16,498 nt of DNA. Source: a bacterium. GTDB lineage: Bacteria; SZUA-182; DTGQ01; JAFGSM01. A model generated the notes under the pieces. The model searched no databases and was not told the origin of the DNA. It saw only the letters and a list, made by a program, of their open reading frames with translations. Position 1 is the stretch's first letter; each line of letters opens with the position of its first letter. The position numbers and the translations under genes are program-made. The DNA is taken from NCBI GenBank assembly GCA_049472315.1, contig JBLIRN010000060.1:1-16498 (forward strand), in the 5' to 3' direction. This document shows positions 1-7,772 of this stretch, piece by piece.

Positions 1-1902
1 GTACCGGCGTATGGCGCAATGGGTATGTATGGCTATGGCTATGCAATGCTCAGCCCTTCTGCATTTGGATTGGATATGTTTGTCGGGGCAAGTGCTTACA
101 GTGGCACGGGGGCTTTGTATGGCGGCGTTGCTGCCGGCGGATACGGTCTCTATTCGGGTTATTCCTCGTACCTTGGCGGCACAGCGGGATATGCCCTCTC
201 CTCGTCCGGTCTCGGCTGGGGGGGATATGCCCCGATTGGCGGATACTCCAGTGCCGTGCGATATAGAACCGCTGCATCCGGTGCCGACATACGGTTGAAT
301 GGGGACGGGGACCTATCGGCACCGTTCACGAACATAGGCGCGGATGAGGCCGATATCGTTAAGAGCGACGACACCTATATTTACATGATCAAGGGGGAGG
401 GGGTGCGCATCATCAGGGTGTACCCGCCGGAGGATCTCGCGGAGCTTCCGGGGATCGAATTCCCCGGAACGGATTTTACCCCCAAAAAGCTCTATGTGGA
501 GGGGAATATAATGGCGGTCATCGGCGAGGAGGAGCGCGGGAGTGAAACCATTCAATTCGTGGACGGGCAGGCCTATCTCTCCCCTATCTACCTGAGGCCG
601 ACATTCACCAGGGTGTTCCTGTACGACATCACCGACCGGGCCCAGGTGATTCGGACAAGGAGCCTCAGATTCGAGGCGCAGTACAAGCAGTCACGGGGTA
701 CGGATGGCACCCTGTATCTGATCATGCACGAGGACCCCCCGTATGAACTGCTCGATGAGGACCTTCCCGATGCCCGTGCGGTACTCCCTGTATACAGCGA
801 CTCCTCGGTGCATGGCGAAGGAGGCGGGAGTGTGGAGGTGGATACCGTGTGTGGGTGTGAGGATGTCGCCTATTTCCCCCGGTATGCGCAGCCCAGGTAC
901 CTCCTCGTGGTGGGCATCCCGCTTCAGGACTTCGGCCAGGCAATCGACGCCGAGGTGATTCTCGGGGACTGCGATTATGTCCTTTCCTCTGCAGAGGGGC
1001 TGTATGTGGCGAGCACCGATGTGGAAGGGGATGCGCCGGTCACCCTGGTGTACAGGTTTGACTATACGGACCAGGGCATCCTTGTTGCGGGCAGTGCCAA
1101 GGTCGCTGGAGAGGTCATCGATTCATCCGGCATGCACGGGCATGACGGTCGTTTCATGATCTCAACGAATTCGGCAATGGCGCCGTTGCAGAGCGATCTC
1201 TATGTGTTTAATGACCTGATGAGGCTGACAGGGATCCTCTCCGGGCTCGCCCCTGGGGAGACTATGGAGTCCGTCAGGTTTTTCGAGGACCGGTGTTACA
1301 TGGTCACGGGTAGTGAGGGGTATCCCTTCCTGGTCATCTCCCTTGATGACCCGATGGACCCCTGGGTGGCGGAGGAGCTCGACATCCTGGGAGGAAGCGA
1401 GTATCTGCACCTTTATGACGCCGGCCACATCCTCGGATTCGGCAGGGATATTCAGGAAACTGCCGGGCCGGGCCTGCGGATTGCCCTATATGATATCACC
1501 GATACGGCCGCTCCCATCCTGGTGGGAGAGGAGGAGATCGGCGGCAGCAAGACCGGTTCTGCGTTATTTACCGATCACAGGGCACTCCTCGTGAACCCAG
1601 CCGAACACCTCATGGCATTTCCCGTGACAAAGACCGAGGATGTGGAAGGAATGCCCTATCCGTACCAGTATACCTTTCAGGGGGCGTATGTGTTCGATAT
1701 CAACGGGAACGGGTTATCCCGCATGGCCGAGATAACCCACCATCCGTCAGGGACGTTTCCGCGGCCCTCCTATGCACCGACGGGCGACCATATCGCCCGG
1801 GTCCTGTGCATCGGGGATACGTACTGTACCGTATCGGAGAATCTGATACGGGTGTTTGACATACAGGGGCATACCGAGACAGGAATGCTTGTGGTTGACT
1901 GA
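1..1902 (+). CDS. Beta-propeller domain-containing protein (Beta_propel/COG4880-like) with Gly/Tyr-rich low-complexity N-terminal region; probably 5'-partial
   Basis: Frame is open from base 1 (gta ccg gcg tat ggc gca atg), so the true start may lie outside the window. Family motifs: GADEADIVKSDDTYIY, GLAPGETMESVRF, PFLVISLDDPMDP, GGSEYLHLYD, ILGFG, SALFTDHRALL, FQGAYVF. The first ~80 aa are G/Y/S/A-rich. Confidence 0.85.
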   Translation, partial: VPAYGAMGMYGYGYAMLSPSAFGLDMFVGASAYSGTGALYGGVAAGGYGLYSGYSSYLGGTAGYALSSSGLGWGGYAPIGGYSSAVRYRTAASGADIRLNGDGDLSAPFTNIGADEADIVKSDDTYIYMIKGEGVRIIRVYPPEDLAELPGIEFPGTDFTPKKLYVEGNIMAVIGEEERGSETIQFVDGQAYLSPIYLRPTFTRVFLYDITDRAQVIRTRSLRFEAQYKQSRGTDGTLYLIMHEDPPYELLDEDLPDARAVLPVYSDSSVHGEGGGSVEVDTVCGCEDVAYFPRYAQPRYLLVVGIPLQDFGQAIDAEVILGDCDYVLSSAEGLYVASTDVEGDAPVTLVYRFDYTDQGILVAGSAKVAGEVIDSSGMHGHDGRFMISTNSAMAPLQSDLYVFNDLMRLTGILSGLAPGETMESVRFFEDRCYMVTGSEGYPFLVISLDDPMDPWVAEELDILGGSEYLHLYDAGHILGFGRDIQETAGPGLRIALYDITDTAAPILVGEEEIGGSKTGSALFTDHRALLVNPAEHLMAFPVTKTEDVEGMPYPYQYTFQGAYVFDINGNGLSRMAEITHHPSGTFPRPSYAPTGDHIARVLCIGDTYCTVSENLIRVFDIQGHTETGMLVVD

Positions 1903-2143
1903 GCGTTGCAGTCGTTATGTCCTTCTTGATGCCACACCCCCAGGGTCCTGAATTATTCCCCTCTCGCCTTTTTGAGTCCCCGCAACCGCTTCACGAATGG
2001 GACCTTGCGAAACGTGTTGGCATATTCAATGCGGCCTCGATCATCCGGCGTCTTACCATTTCCACCCGAGAGCAGATGCCGGTTATTCCCATTGCCATAG
2101 GAAGGGATGGTGCTGCAGATCATACGGCACAAAAACGGGCTTT

Positions 2144-2181
2144 TTGACAAATAAGATATCTCATCGTATCATATATCTTAT
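2144..2181 (+). promoter_or_regulatory. Sigma70 promoter of the vapBC operon with an overlapping 9-bp inverted-repeat operator; likely leaderless transcript
   Basis: TTGACA (2144-2149), 17 nt, TATCAT (2167-2172). The ATG starts at 2180 with no Shine-Dalgarno. ATAAGATAT (2151-2159) and ATATCTTAT (2173-2181) are perfect reverse complements. Confidence 0.75.
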
Positions 2182-2395
2182 GAAAGTGACCGCGATACTG
2201 CCTGATCGTCTTCTAAAAGAGGTGCAGAAATTTGCAAAGGGGAAAAACCTTACCGAATGCCTGGTCATGGCCTTGGAAGAATGGTCGAATTTACGACATA
2301 TCAAAGAGTTAAACAAAAAAATAGAAAAGACGCCATTGCAATTTTCACCCGATCTCAAAGCCGATGGGATTCGTGAGACCAATCGAAAATCATGA
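2180..2395 (+). CDS. vapB: Type II antitoxin, VapB-like (DUF2191-like), 71 aa
   Basis: MKVTAILPDRLLKEVQKFAKGKNLTECLVMALEEW fits a ribbon-helix-helix pattern. ATGA overlap with the PIN gene. Start reassigned from 1997 to 2180 on promoter position. Confidence 0.75.
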   Translation: MKVTAILPDRLLKEVQKFAKGKNLTECLVMALEEWSNLRHIKELNKKIEKTPLQFSPDLKADGIRETNRKS

Positions 2396-2766
2396 TCATC
2401 CTTGACACATCGGTTTGGATTGAATTCCTGAAAAAAGAAGCAGAAATATTTACCACTGTCAAAGGACTGCTCGAGACAGAAGAGATATTTGCATTAGAAT
2501 GTATTTTCGGAGAACTTCTTCAAGGTGCAAGGGATGATCGGGAAAGGCGATTGATAACCTCCTATTGGGAGTATCTGCCAAAGATTGATGAAAAAAACAT
2601 ATGGATAGAGGCAGGCACGTATTCCAGTGAGAACAGGCTGACCACAAAGGGTGTCGGGCTTATTGATGCGGTTATCGTTATGGCGGCTCTTCGATCGAAG
2701 TCAAAGGTGTGGACATTGGATAAGAAATTAAGAAGCGTACTGAATCAGGAAATCATGTATGTCTGA
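2392..2766 (+). CDS. vapC: PIN-domain toxin, VapC family
   Basis: MIILDTSVWIEFL, GELLQGAR, GLIDAVI and VWTLDKKL carry the conserved acidic PIN residues; 124 aa. Confidence 0.92.
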   Translation: MIILDTSVWIEFLKKEAEIFTTVKGLLETEEIFALECIFGELLQGARDDRERRLITSYWEYLPKIDEKNIWIEAGTYSSENRLTTKGVGLIDAVIVMAALRSKSKVWTLDKKLRSVLNQEIMYV

Positions 2767-2835
2767 TTAATCAACCGGTTCATACGTCCGGAAATTGTCT
2801 CGTCTATATACAGAATCAAATGCCACAGAAACGCA

Positions 2836-2950
2836 AAGGTCCCCCATACAAACTGCTCGAAGGGGGTTTCTCGACGCACGAGCGGTTTTGCCTGTTCGCA
2901 CCGACTCCCCGGATGCATGGCAATGAAGGCGGGAGCGTGGAGGTGATACC
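2836..2950 (+). pseudogene. Degenerate fragment of a paralog of the upstream beta-propeller gene
   Basis: Aligns by hand to ~730-846 at about 75% identity with single-base indels. Retains PPY(K/E)LL, DARAVLPVxxDS and HGxxGGSVEV across shifted frames. Confidence 0.8.
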
Positions 2951-2959
2951 CCGTGATAT

Positions 2960-2986
2960 TGCAGGGCCCTCGGAAAGGGCCCTGCA
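2960..2986. terminator. GC-rich hairpin between convergent vapBC and gdhA; possible terminator
   Basis: TGCAGGGCCCT-cggaa-AGGGCCCTGCA is a perfect 11-bp stem. There is no clear U-tract on either side. Confidence 0.4.
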
Positions 2987-3035
2987 TGATTATTCTATGA
3001 TCCGGATATCCGCACCTCGATAGCCTGCCGGATTA

Positions 3036-4283
3036 TTATACCCATCCCCGCAGCCTGCATGCCTCGGCCACCTTTGTCACGGAGACCAGATAGGCGGCCT
3101 GTCGCATATTGATCTTCTCCTGCTGGCTCATGGTATACACATTGTGAAAGGCATGGGTCATCTTGAGGTCGAGTCTGCGGTGGATCTCTTCCAGTTCCCA
3201 GTAAAAGTTGTACGTATTCTGGACCTGTTCAAAATAGGAGACCGTCACCCCCCCGGCATTGGCCAGGAAATCGGGAATAACGAAGACGTTGTTCTGATGG
3301 AGGATGTCATCCGCCTCCGGCGTGGCAGGGCCATTGGCAAGCTCACACGAGATCTTGCATTTGATCTTGTCGGCATTTTGCTCGGTGATCACCTGTTCCA
3401 GTGCGGAGGGAAAAAGCACGGTCACCTCGAGTTCCAGCAGTTCCTCGTTGGTGATGGAATCCGCACCGGGGAATCCCTGCAGGGTGCCGGTTTGCTGCTT
3501 GTACTTTACCAGTGCCTCCGGGTCCATACCCTTTTCGTTGTAAATCCCGCCCTTGGAGTCGGAGGCGGCCACCAGTTTGAGCCCGAGGATCTGATTGCCC
3601 AAGGTCGCCGCATACTGACCGGCGTTTCCGAACCCCTGAATGGCCATGGTCTGGCCTTCGAGCTTGATATTCAATGCCTTTGCCGCCTCGCGGGTTACAT
3701 ACACACCTCCCCGGGAGGTCGCATCACTACGCCCGGCAGAACCTCCTATGGCCAGAGGTTTTCCGGTAATGACACAGGGGTGGTGTTGGCCTCGAATCGT
3801 CTCATATTCGTCCATCATCCACGCCATGATCTGCGGAGTGGTATACACATCCGGTGCAGGTACGTCCTGGGTCACACCGATGTTTTGCCAAACCGCCCGA
3901 ATATATGCCCTGGCAAGTCGTTCCTTCTCCGTTTCGGAAAGTTCCTTTGGATTACAGGTAACCCCCCCTTTGCCTCCTCCCAAGGGAAGATCCACCACCG
4001 ATGTCTTCCAGGTCATCCAGGCAGCCAGGGCCCGAACCGTATCGATGGTTTCATCCGGATGCCAGCGCAGCCCGCCCTTGGCAGGCCCGCGTGCCGTGTT
4101 GTACTGGACCCGGTACCCGTGAAATATCCGGGTGGAGCCATCGTCCATCCTTACCGGAAGGACTACCTTGATTTCCTTCATGGGCCAGCGGAGAAATTCA
4201 TGGATGGCCGGCTCAAGCTCCAATTTTTTTGCTGCTACGTCCAATTGCTGTTGTGCCATCGAAAATGGATTGACCTTGGGCAT
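3036..4283 (-). CDS. gdhA: Glu/Leu/Phe/Val dehydrogenase, most likely glutamate dehydrogenase (415 aa)
   Basis: Motifs [52 protein letters not shown] and [19 protein letters not shown] at 4283 follows a GAGGAG SD (4296-4291). Confidence 0.93.
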   Translation of the reverse strand: MPKVNPFSMAQQQLDVAAKKLELEPAIHEFLRWPMKEIKVVLPVRMDDGSTRIFHGYRVQYNTARGPAKGGLRWHPDETIDTVRALAAWMTWKTSVVDLPLGGGKGGVTCNPKELSETEKERLARAYIRAVWQNIGVTQDVPAPDVYTTPQIMAWMMDEYETIRGQHHPCVITGKPLAIGGSAGRSDATSRGGVYVTREAAKALNIKLEGQTMAIQGFGNAGQYAATLGNQILGLKLVAASDSKGGIYNEKGMDPEALVKYKQQTGTLQGFPGADSITNEELLELEVTVLFPSALEQVITEQNADKIKCKISCELANGPATPEADDILHQNNVFVIPDFLANAGGVTVSYFEQVQNTYNFYWELEEIHRRLDLKMTHAFHNVYTMSQQEKINMRQAAYLVSVTKVAEACRLRGWV

Positions 4284-4364
4284 CTTCCGACTCCTCACTA
4301 AAATTTTTTGGTAGGTAGTGTTAGCATCAAGATAAGAACGTCATTCATCCTCAAACAATTCCAT

Positions 4365-4393
4365 ACTATACCAAAATTTAAGAGCCGTATCCA
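4365..4393 (-). promoter_or_regulatory. Candidate extended -10 sigma70 promoter for gdhA
   Basis: Minus strand: TGGATA (4393-4388), 17 nt, TATAGT (4370-4365), with TGG immediately before the -10. Confidence 0.5.
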
Positions 4394-4436
4394 GCATATA
4401 CGATCAATGCTTACTCCAATGCGGGAGAAGAGCAGT

Positions 4437-4479
4437 ACTCCGCCCATACGGTAGTGAACAACTTCCATACAGGCGGAGT
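4437..4479 (-). other. Long intergenic RNA hairpin between the glutamate-synthase-family gene and gdhA
   Basis: Minus-strand ACUCCGCCUGUAUGG pairs with CCGUAUGGGCGGAGU: 15 contiguous pairs, three of them G-U and so possible only on the transcribed strand. Confidence 0.6.
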
Positions 4480-4507
4480 CTTTGCACAAGTGAATGGAAG
4501 GTGGCGG

Positions 4508-6142
4508 TTAGCCCAGTATCCTGTCAACCTCTTTCTTGTCTGCGTCCATCACATAAGCGATCCCCGACATTTCAGCCGCCTCTCGTGTCAGTGCACAGAT
4601 ATCGTTACGATCGATGTGCTTGAGCGCGAATTTGCGTTCCCCGGCCATGAGCTGTTGCAGCCCCTGGGTGAGGCGGTCAATGTAGGTGTAAATGCCGAGG
4701 GCGCCTGGAGGGATCAGCTTAAAGTCCTTGCCGTATTTTTCCTTCAGCTTTGGGCTGGTCACAAACAGATCCGCCACGTCGATCCAATCACCCTTCTTTA
4801 CGATGGGGGCCTTCTTTTTGGCCTCATCCTCTTCAAAGAAGTGGGCAACCGTACCGTTTTTCTCGATATCCTTTTCCATCTTCTTCCTGAGCATGTTGGC
4901 CTGGGTGTTGCCCACCATGGCCGCGGTCATGATGGAACGGCCCATGCACACGGCCTTGATGTAGGGGGCGCCGAGTGCAAATGCCTTGAACATATGGTCC
5001 TCCAGGGAAAGACCACCGGCTATGGCGCAGTCCGGGACGAATTTCCCCTGTTTCTCCAGCCGTCTCAGGTAATCATACAGGAGGCATTCTATCTGGACGG
5101 TGGGTATGCCCCATTCATTCATCATACGCCACGGGCTCATCCCGGTCCCGCCGCCGGCCCCGTCGACCGTCAACAGATCGATCTTTGCCTCGGATGCGAA
5201 CTTCACCGCCCTGGCAAGGTCGGCAGGCCGGTAGGCCCCTGTTTTCAACGTAACATACTTCGCACCCACCTTGCGCAGATGCTCCACCGTCTTATAGAAA
5301 CCCTCCTCATCCACCATGCCCAAACGGGAATGCCGCTCGAACTCCTTGAACTCCCCGTCCTTGAATGCCTTCTGAATCACCGGATCTTCCGGGTCCGGGA
5401 GCACGATATACTTTCTTTTTTTCAATTCAAGGGCCTTCTTGAGATCGGGGATCTTCACCTCGCCGCCGATGTCCTTGGCCCCTTGCCCCCATTTCAACTC
5501 GAAGATTTCCACCCCCAGTTTTTCAATGACGTATTCCGGCACACCCAGACGGGTATCCTCCACATTGGCCTGGACCACGATCCCGCCATACCCCTCATGC
5601 CATCGCTGGAACGTCTTGACCCGACGCTCCATCTCTGCGGAACGGACAACCCTGCCGTTTTTTATCTCGGCAGCCATATCCATGCCGCATATGTTTTCAC
5701 CGGCCACCACCATGATGCCCGATATGGCCGCACCGATCGCCATGCCCTCCCAGTGAATCCTGCCGATCTCCGTTGACCCGACGGCACCGGTGAATGCAGG
5801 GAAACGGAGCTTGATCTTTTCCTTGGCGCCGATCTCTGTGTTGAGAGTTACGGCAGGAAAGGTCGCCTTGTCGGAATCCGCCTCCACGCCGACGGCCCCC
5901 ACACAGGTCCCCTGGATGTTGAAATAGGAAAAATCATTGGGGTAATCCTTCTCCGATCCTGCGATCACCTCGCCGAAGGGTTCAGGATACAGATTTTCCC
6001 TTCCCCTGAGGGCGGAGCGGCCGATTTCACAAAGGCCGGGGCACCCGTCAAGGCAGGTAACGCAAAGACCGGAGATAGGGGCGACCTTTACCCGGCTTTT
6101 GGTAAGGGTTGCTGGACTTACGTTCGGTTTGCTGAGCGTCAT
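4508..6142 (-). CDS. FMN-binding glutamate synthase family protein (stand-alone GltB FMN domain, archaeal/anaerobe type), 544 aa
   Basis: ELKWGQGAKDIGGEVK, DGAGGGTGMSP, AIAGGL, KAFALGA and GLQQLMAG match the GltB FMN barrel. N-terminal CVTCLDGCPGLC motif. ATG at 6142 follows a GAGGAGG SD. Confidence 0.9.
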   Translation of the reverse strand: MTLSKPNVSPATLTKSRVKVAPISGLCVTCLDGCPGLCEIGRSALRGRENLYPEPFGEVIAGSEKDYPNDFSYFNIQGTCVGAVGVEADSDKATFPAVTLNTEIGAKEKIKLRFPAFTGAVGSTEIGRIHWEGMAIGAAISGIMVVAGENICGMDMAAEIKNGRVVRSAEMERRVKTFQRWHEGYGGIVVQANVEDTRLGVPEYVIEKLGVEIFELKWGQGAKDIGGEVKIPDLKKALELKKRKYIVLPDPEDPVIQKAFKDGEFKEFERHSRLGMVDEEGFYKTVEHLRKVGAKYVTLKTGAYRPADLARAVKFASEAKIDLLTVDGAGGGTGMSPWRMMNEWGIPTVQIECLLYDYLRRLEKQGKFVPDCAIAGGLSLEDHMFKAFALGAPYIKAVCMGRSIMTAAMVGNTQANMLRKKMEKDIEKNGTVAHFFEEDEAKKKAPIVKKGDWIDVADLFVTSPKLKEKYGKDFKLIPPGALGIYTYIDRLTQGLQQLMAGERKFALKHIDRNDICALTREAAEMSGIAYVMDADKKEVDRILG

Positions 6143-6203
6143 GGTATGCCTCCTCACGATAGGTTTTGATCAGATCCGCATCGGTTGGTGAATGGATCTA
6201 TAC

Positions 6204-6244
6204 GGCAATGAATTTCCTATTAATAATCCTGGCAATTCACTGCC
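6204..6244. promoter_or_regulatory. Tandem NrpR-operator-like boxes
   Basis: GGCA-atgaat-TTCC (6204-6217) and GGCA-attcac-TGCC (6231-6244), both followed by TAT and 27 bp apart. They resemble the Methanococcus NrpR operator GGAA-N6-TTCC and lie next to an nrpR gene. Confidence 0.7.
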
Positions 6245-6261
6245 TATATATTGTGCAAAAA

Positions 6262-6290
6262 AGTGTAGCACCATTTACATTCATTGTCAA
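6262..6290 (-). promoter_or_regulatory. Sigma70 promoter for the glutamate-synthase-family gene
   Basis: Minus strand: TTGACA (6290-6285), 17 nt, TACACT (6267-6262), with a TGn extension (TGC). Confidence 0.75.
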
Positions 6291-6380
6291 TAAAAGAAGA
6301 AAACAAGGATACAAAATCAGAGAGGGTTGATTTCGATACCGTCCATGGGGTTGGCCGGCAGGATTCTATTTCATCTATTG

Positions 6381-6431
6381 TAGGCATTTTTGCCTATATA
6401 ATCTTGACTTATTCCAAATTTAAGGTATTGT
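6381..6431 (+). promoter_or_regulatory. Candidate nrpR promoter with an upstream palindrome
   Basis: TAGGCA-tttt-TGCCTA (6381-6396), then TTGACT (6404-6409), 16 nt, TATTGT (6426-6431). Confidence 0.5.
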
Positions 6432-6558
6432 ATTAGGGAGGATCGGCGAACACCCATAACCTGTCGATCACAATCAACCGTGCCGGTGGAAAAAACGTTA
6501 TGCAGACGGCTGTGTATACGGGGAGCAGCGCGTTTCACATGTTCATCGAGGATACTCC

Positions 6559-7548
6559 ATGGATAATCGTCATCAGCAGAGAATCATATCGATTCTGAAT
6601 ATCCTGAATGAAGCCGGAAGGCCCCTGGGGGGTACCAGGATCGCCCAGAAACTGCAGGATTTTGGATTTGACCTGAGCCAACGAACCGTACGAAATTATC
6701 TCAGGGAATTGGACCACAACGGCCTGACCCAGAATCTTGGGAAGAGAGGTCGAAGAATCACCGCACAGGGGAAGGAGGAGCTTAAATCCGCCTGTGTGAT
6801 CAACAAGGTGGGATTCATTGCATCAAAGATCGATACCCTGACCTATCAGATGAACTTCTCCTTGCGAAGGCAAAAGGGCAAGATCATCCTGAATCTGTCC
6901 TCAATGGACAAGCAATATCTTTATAAGGCCAATCAGCAGATCCAGAAGGTCTTCCGCGCAGGCATCGGCATGGGGAGGTTTCTCCTCATAGGTCTTCCGG
7001 GCACCAGGGTGGGGAACATACAGATCGAGGATACCAGGGCGGTCATCGGTACGGTGTGCAGTGTCACCATAAACGGGATTCTGCTAAAAGAGGGTATCCA
7101 TGTCACATCCCGGTTTGGAGGATTGCTGGAATTGGCAAAGGGGGTTCCCTTTCGATTCACCGAAATCATAAACTATGATGGGTCCTCCATTGATCCCTTG
7201 GAGATTTTCATCAAGGGAGGAATGACGGATGTCCAGCAGGTCGCTTCCACCGGAAACGGCAGGATCGGTGCCAGCTTCAGGGAATTTCCCTCTGTGGCGC
7301 TTCAACGGGTTGAACAGATCAAGAAAAGGTTGGATACAATCGGCCTCGGCGGGATACTCATGATCGGGAAGCCCGGTCGTCCCCTTTTGGGGATCCCTGT
7401 GCCTGAGGAAAGGGTGGGGATGATTGTTTCGGGGGGATTGAATCCTCTTGCAGCGGTGGAAGAGGTGGGCATCACCACCGAGAACACCGCCATGAAGACA
7501 TTGTTCGAGTTCGATCAATTGATTCCATATTGGGAGGTAAAGGTATAA
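6559..7548 (+). CDS. nrpR: NrpR-family nitrogen repressor (winged HTH plus a single NRD/DUF128 domain)
   Basis: N-terminal wHTH ILNILNEAGRPLGGTRIAQKL..LSQRTVRNYLRELD..GRRITAQGKEEL. NRD motifs TVCSVTINGILL, FGGLLE, YDGSSIDPLEIF, ASFREFP and GGLNPLAA. Context is nitrogen genes. Confidence 0.88.
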   Translation: MDNRHQQRIISILNILNEAGRPLGGTRIAQKLQDFGFDLSQRTVRNYLRELDHNGLTQNLGKRGRRITAQGKEELKSACVINKVGFIASKIDTLTYQMNFSLRRQKGKIILNLSSMDKQYLYKANQQIQKVFRAGIGMGRFLLIGLPGTRVGNIQIEDTRAVIGTVCSVTINGILLKEGIHVTSRFGGLLELAKGVPFRFTEIINYDGSSIDPLEIFIKGGMTDVQQVASTGNGRIGASFREFPSVALQRVEQIKKRLDTIGLGGILMIGKPGRPLLGIPVPEERVGMIVSGGLNPLAAVEEVGITTENTAMKTLFEFDQLIPYWEVKV

Positions 7549-7696
7549 GATGAAACGCTCATGAGCCTGATGAAACTGCGAATATCGAATATCGAATGTA
7601 GAATGTAGAATGTAGAAGTGAAACGCAGATGAGCCTTGGGCTCACAAAGAGGCATGAAAATACCCAAAGGGGATTTTCAGGTGAAAGGTATAAGAT
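7535..7696 (+). repeat. Composite intergenic repeat: heptamer microsatellite plus a hairpin-unit copy, bounded by direct repeats
   Basis: AAAGGTATAAGAT at 7539-7551 and 7684-7696. GAAACGCnnATGAGCCT at 7552-7568 and 7620-7636. (GAATATC)2(GAATGTA)3 at 7580-7614. Confidence 0.8.
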
Positions 7697-7772
7697 TTGA
7701 TACAGATGTATGATACACTATATACACAATGAAAAAAAGGAATAACCAATAGAGTATGGGAGAGCATGAGGC

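Noticed and set aside
1917..2150. Small ORFs between the propeller gene and vapB
   Set aside because: No clear SD or family motif; overlapping alternatives on both strands cannot be distinguished.
1997..2179. N-terminal extension of the antitoxin ORF (132-aa version)
   Set aside because: The promoter and operator lie inside it, and the antitoxin-like sequence starts at ATG 2180.
2836..2950. DGR template/variable repeat pair with 730-846
   Set aside because: Mismatches are not adenine-specific, indels are present, and no reverse transcriptase is in the window.
3144..5776. Long + strand ORFs 3144-4301 (385 aa) and 4454-5776 (440 aa)
   Set aside because: Antisense shadows of gdhA and the GltB-like gene, with no recognisable motifs.
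7651..7664. GGCA-N6-TACC as an NrpR box upstream of the dikinase gene
   Set aside because: Single, mismatched and mostly inside a repeat unit, so likely chance.
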